From Candidatus Ozemobacteraceae bacterium (lineage in GTDB: Bacteria; Muiribacteriota; Ozemobacteria; Ozemobacterales; Ozemobacteraceae), in assembly GCA_965140445.1 (NCBI GenBank), contig OZ223236.1:3168001-3232000 (forward strand): DNA of 64,000 bases, in the 5' to 3' direction. Below, piece after piece: positions 62,711 to 64,000 of this stretch (within the stretch, counting starts at the first letter, position 1; every line of letters starts with the position of its first letter). Both the position numbers and the translations under genes were made by a program. Below the pieces are notes generated by a model. That model saw only the letters and a list, made by a program, of their open reading frames with translations, made no database searches and was not told the origin of the DNA.

Positions 62711-64000
62711 TTGAAAAAGTTTTTGTTTGTTTTATTAGGTTTTCTTATACTAGCAAATTTTACAACCGGCTTTGCAGAAACTGATGCCGAGTATCAACTT
62801 AGAAAGGCTATTAGTCTTATAGAATCTGGGGATTTTGATCTCGCCCAAAGAAGATTAAAAAAAATTTCTCAGAACTTTGACTATCCAGAATTTATTAAGC
62901 GAGAAGCTTCATATTATATTGGTTACTGTCATGTAAAAAATGGAGATCCATGGCGGGCTACAGAAGCTTTTGAGGATTTTCTTCTTACTTATGATTCTGG
63001 ATCACAAAGGTTTGTTCCAGATGCTCTTTATGTAATGGGCCGCGCCTATGAAGAGATTGGAGAAATTAGAAAAGCCAAAAGAGCATATCAAAGAGTTTAT
63101 AATGAATTTTCTAGTTCTGAATTTGCCAGAAAAGCCAGGATTCGTTTAAAAGAACTTGGTGGTTCAGATTATAGCAATAATAGTGGTGGGAATCACTCTG
63201 ATCCATATAGTGGTGAAAACAATAACAATGGTGGCTACAATGGTGGAAGTCATAGTGGCAACAACTACGGCGTTTCTTATGAGATTCGTAGAGTTCTTAG
63301 ATATGCCAAGACTCATAATAATTCCTATTTAAGAGATCAATACATATTAGAGAATATTGGCAGATCAGAAAATGGTTCAGATTTAGTTGCTCTCATTACT
63401 GTGATGGAAAATGACATGGTTAAAGGTCAATTTTGCGATAAAATTTGGGGATTACGTTTTGCCAAAACCTTAAATGCAGCAACGATAGTAGAAATAGCCT
63501 CACAAAATAAAAATTCTTATCTTGCAGATCAATTTTTGCTACAGGCAGCTCAAAACATTGATTTTAGAACTGGGGGCTATTCAACCCTTGCTGAAGCTTG
63601 TGATAATAGCTATATTCGCTCTCAAATTCTTGAGATAGCTAAGGATAATGTTTCTGGCAACAACGGTGGACATGGTGATTATAATCACGGAAATTACAAT
63701 GGTGGCAATGGCGTTTCCAGACCCGTTAGAGAAATTATTCGTTTAGCCAGACTTGAAAATAATAGTTTTTCCCGTGATCAATTTTTGCTTGATAATGCTT
63801 CAAAAGGCAATTCCAGCAGTGATTTTATAGCCATGCTCTCTGAAATGTCTAACGATGCTATTAAAGGTCAATTTTTAGATGCAATTCAAAGAAACCGTGC
63901 ATTTAAAACTCTAAGCGCTAGAGCTGTGGTGGATATTGCCGCTGAAGTTTCTAACAGCTATTCTTCAGATCAATTTTTACTTGCAGCAGCAGAAAAAATT
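62711..64000 (+). CDS. secreted TPR protein with Gly/Asn/His linkers and tandem ~147-aa repeats (runs off the window; absent from the ORF track)
   Basis: SD GGAGG, TTG start, MKKFLFVLLGFLILANFTTGFA signal; CpoB/BamD-like TPR (DALYVMGRAYEEIG..A..AY..V...F..SEFA); open to the window end. Confidence 0.85.
   Translation, partial: MKKFLFVLLGFLILANFTTGFAETDAEYQLRKAISLIESGDFDLAQRRLKKISQNFDYPEFIKREASYYIGYCHVKNGDPWRATEAFEDFLLTYDSGSQRFVPDALYVMGRAYEEIGEIRKAKRAYQRVYNEFSSSEFARKARIRLKELGGSDYSNNSGGNHSDPYSGENNNNGGYNGGSHSGNNYGVSYEIRRVLRYAKTHNNSYLRDQYILENIGRSENGSDLVALITVMENDMVKGQFCDKIWGLRFAKTLNAATIVEIASQNKNSYLADQFLLQAAQNIDFRTGGYSTLAEACDNSYIRSQILEIAKDNVSGNNGGHGDYNHGNYNGGNGVSRPVREIIRLARLENNSFSRDQFLLDNASKGNSSSDFIAMLSEMSNDAIKGQFLDAIQRNRAFKTLSARAVVDIAAEVSNSYSSDQFLLAAAEKI

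Overview
AT-rich bacterial chromosomal window with no phage, IS, integrase, reverse transcriptase or CRISPR array. It may come from a deep-branching anaerobe such as Candidatus Riflebacteria; this is inferred from the 16S/23S sequence and an 'IPNFRK..QAR.KACFAN.RVLLGA.EMYNMD' pilin-like domain, and was not verified by a search. Contents: two hybrid histidine kinases, a PLP-fold/GNAT fusion, a Lys-gingipain-like C25 protease, an ABC-F ATPase, a substrate-binding protein coupled to a degenerate DAACS symporter, trkAH, a DEAD-box helicase with a structured ~130-nt leader, a 1615-aa Ig-repeat/FGE-domain lipoprotein, rocB, a sigma54-driven VIT-vWA protein with an internal pilin-like domain, an anaerobic purine-degradation cluster (ygeY, ygeW, frameshifted carbamate kinase, ssnA, 8-oxoguanine deaminase, OrtB-like PLP enzyme), a full 16S-23S-5S operon without spacer tRNAs, and a truncated TPR/novel-repeat gene. 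The best leads are (1) a possible binding-protein-dependent DAACS transporter, (2) an RBS-sequestering RNA leader on the DEAD-box helicase, (3) the VIT-vWA-pilin fusion, (4) an OrtB-like enzyme in place of YgeX, and (5) several apparently leaderless genes.
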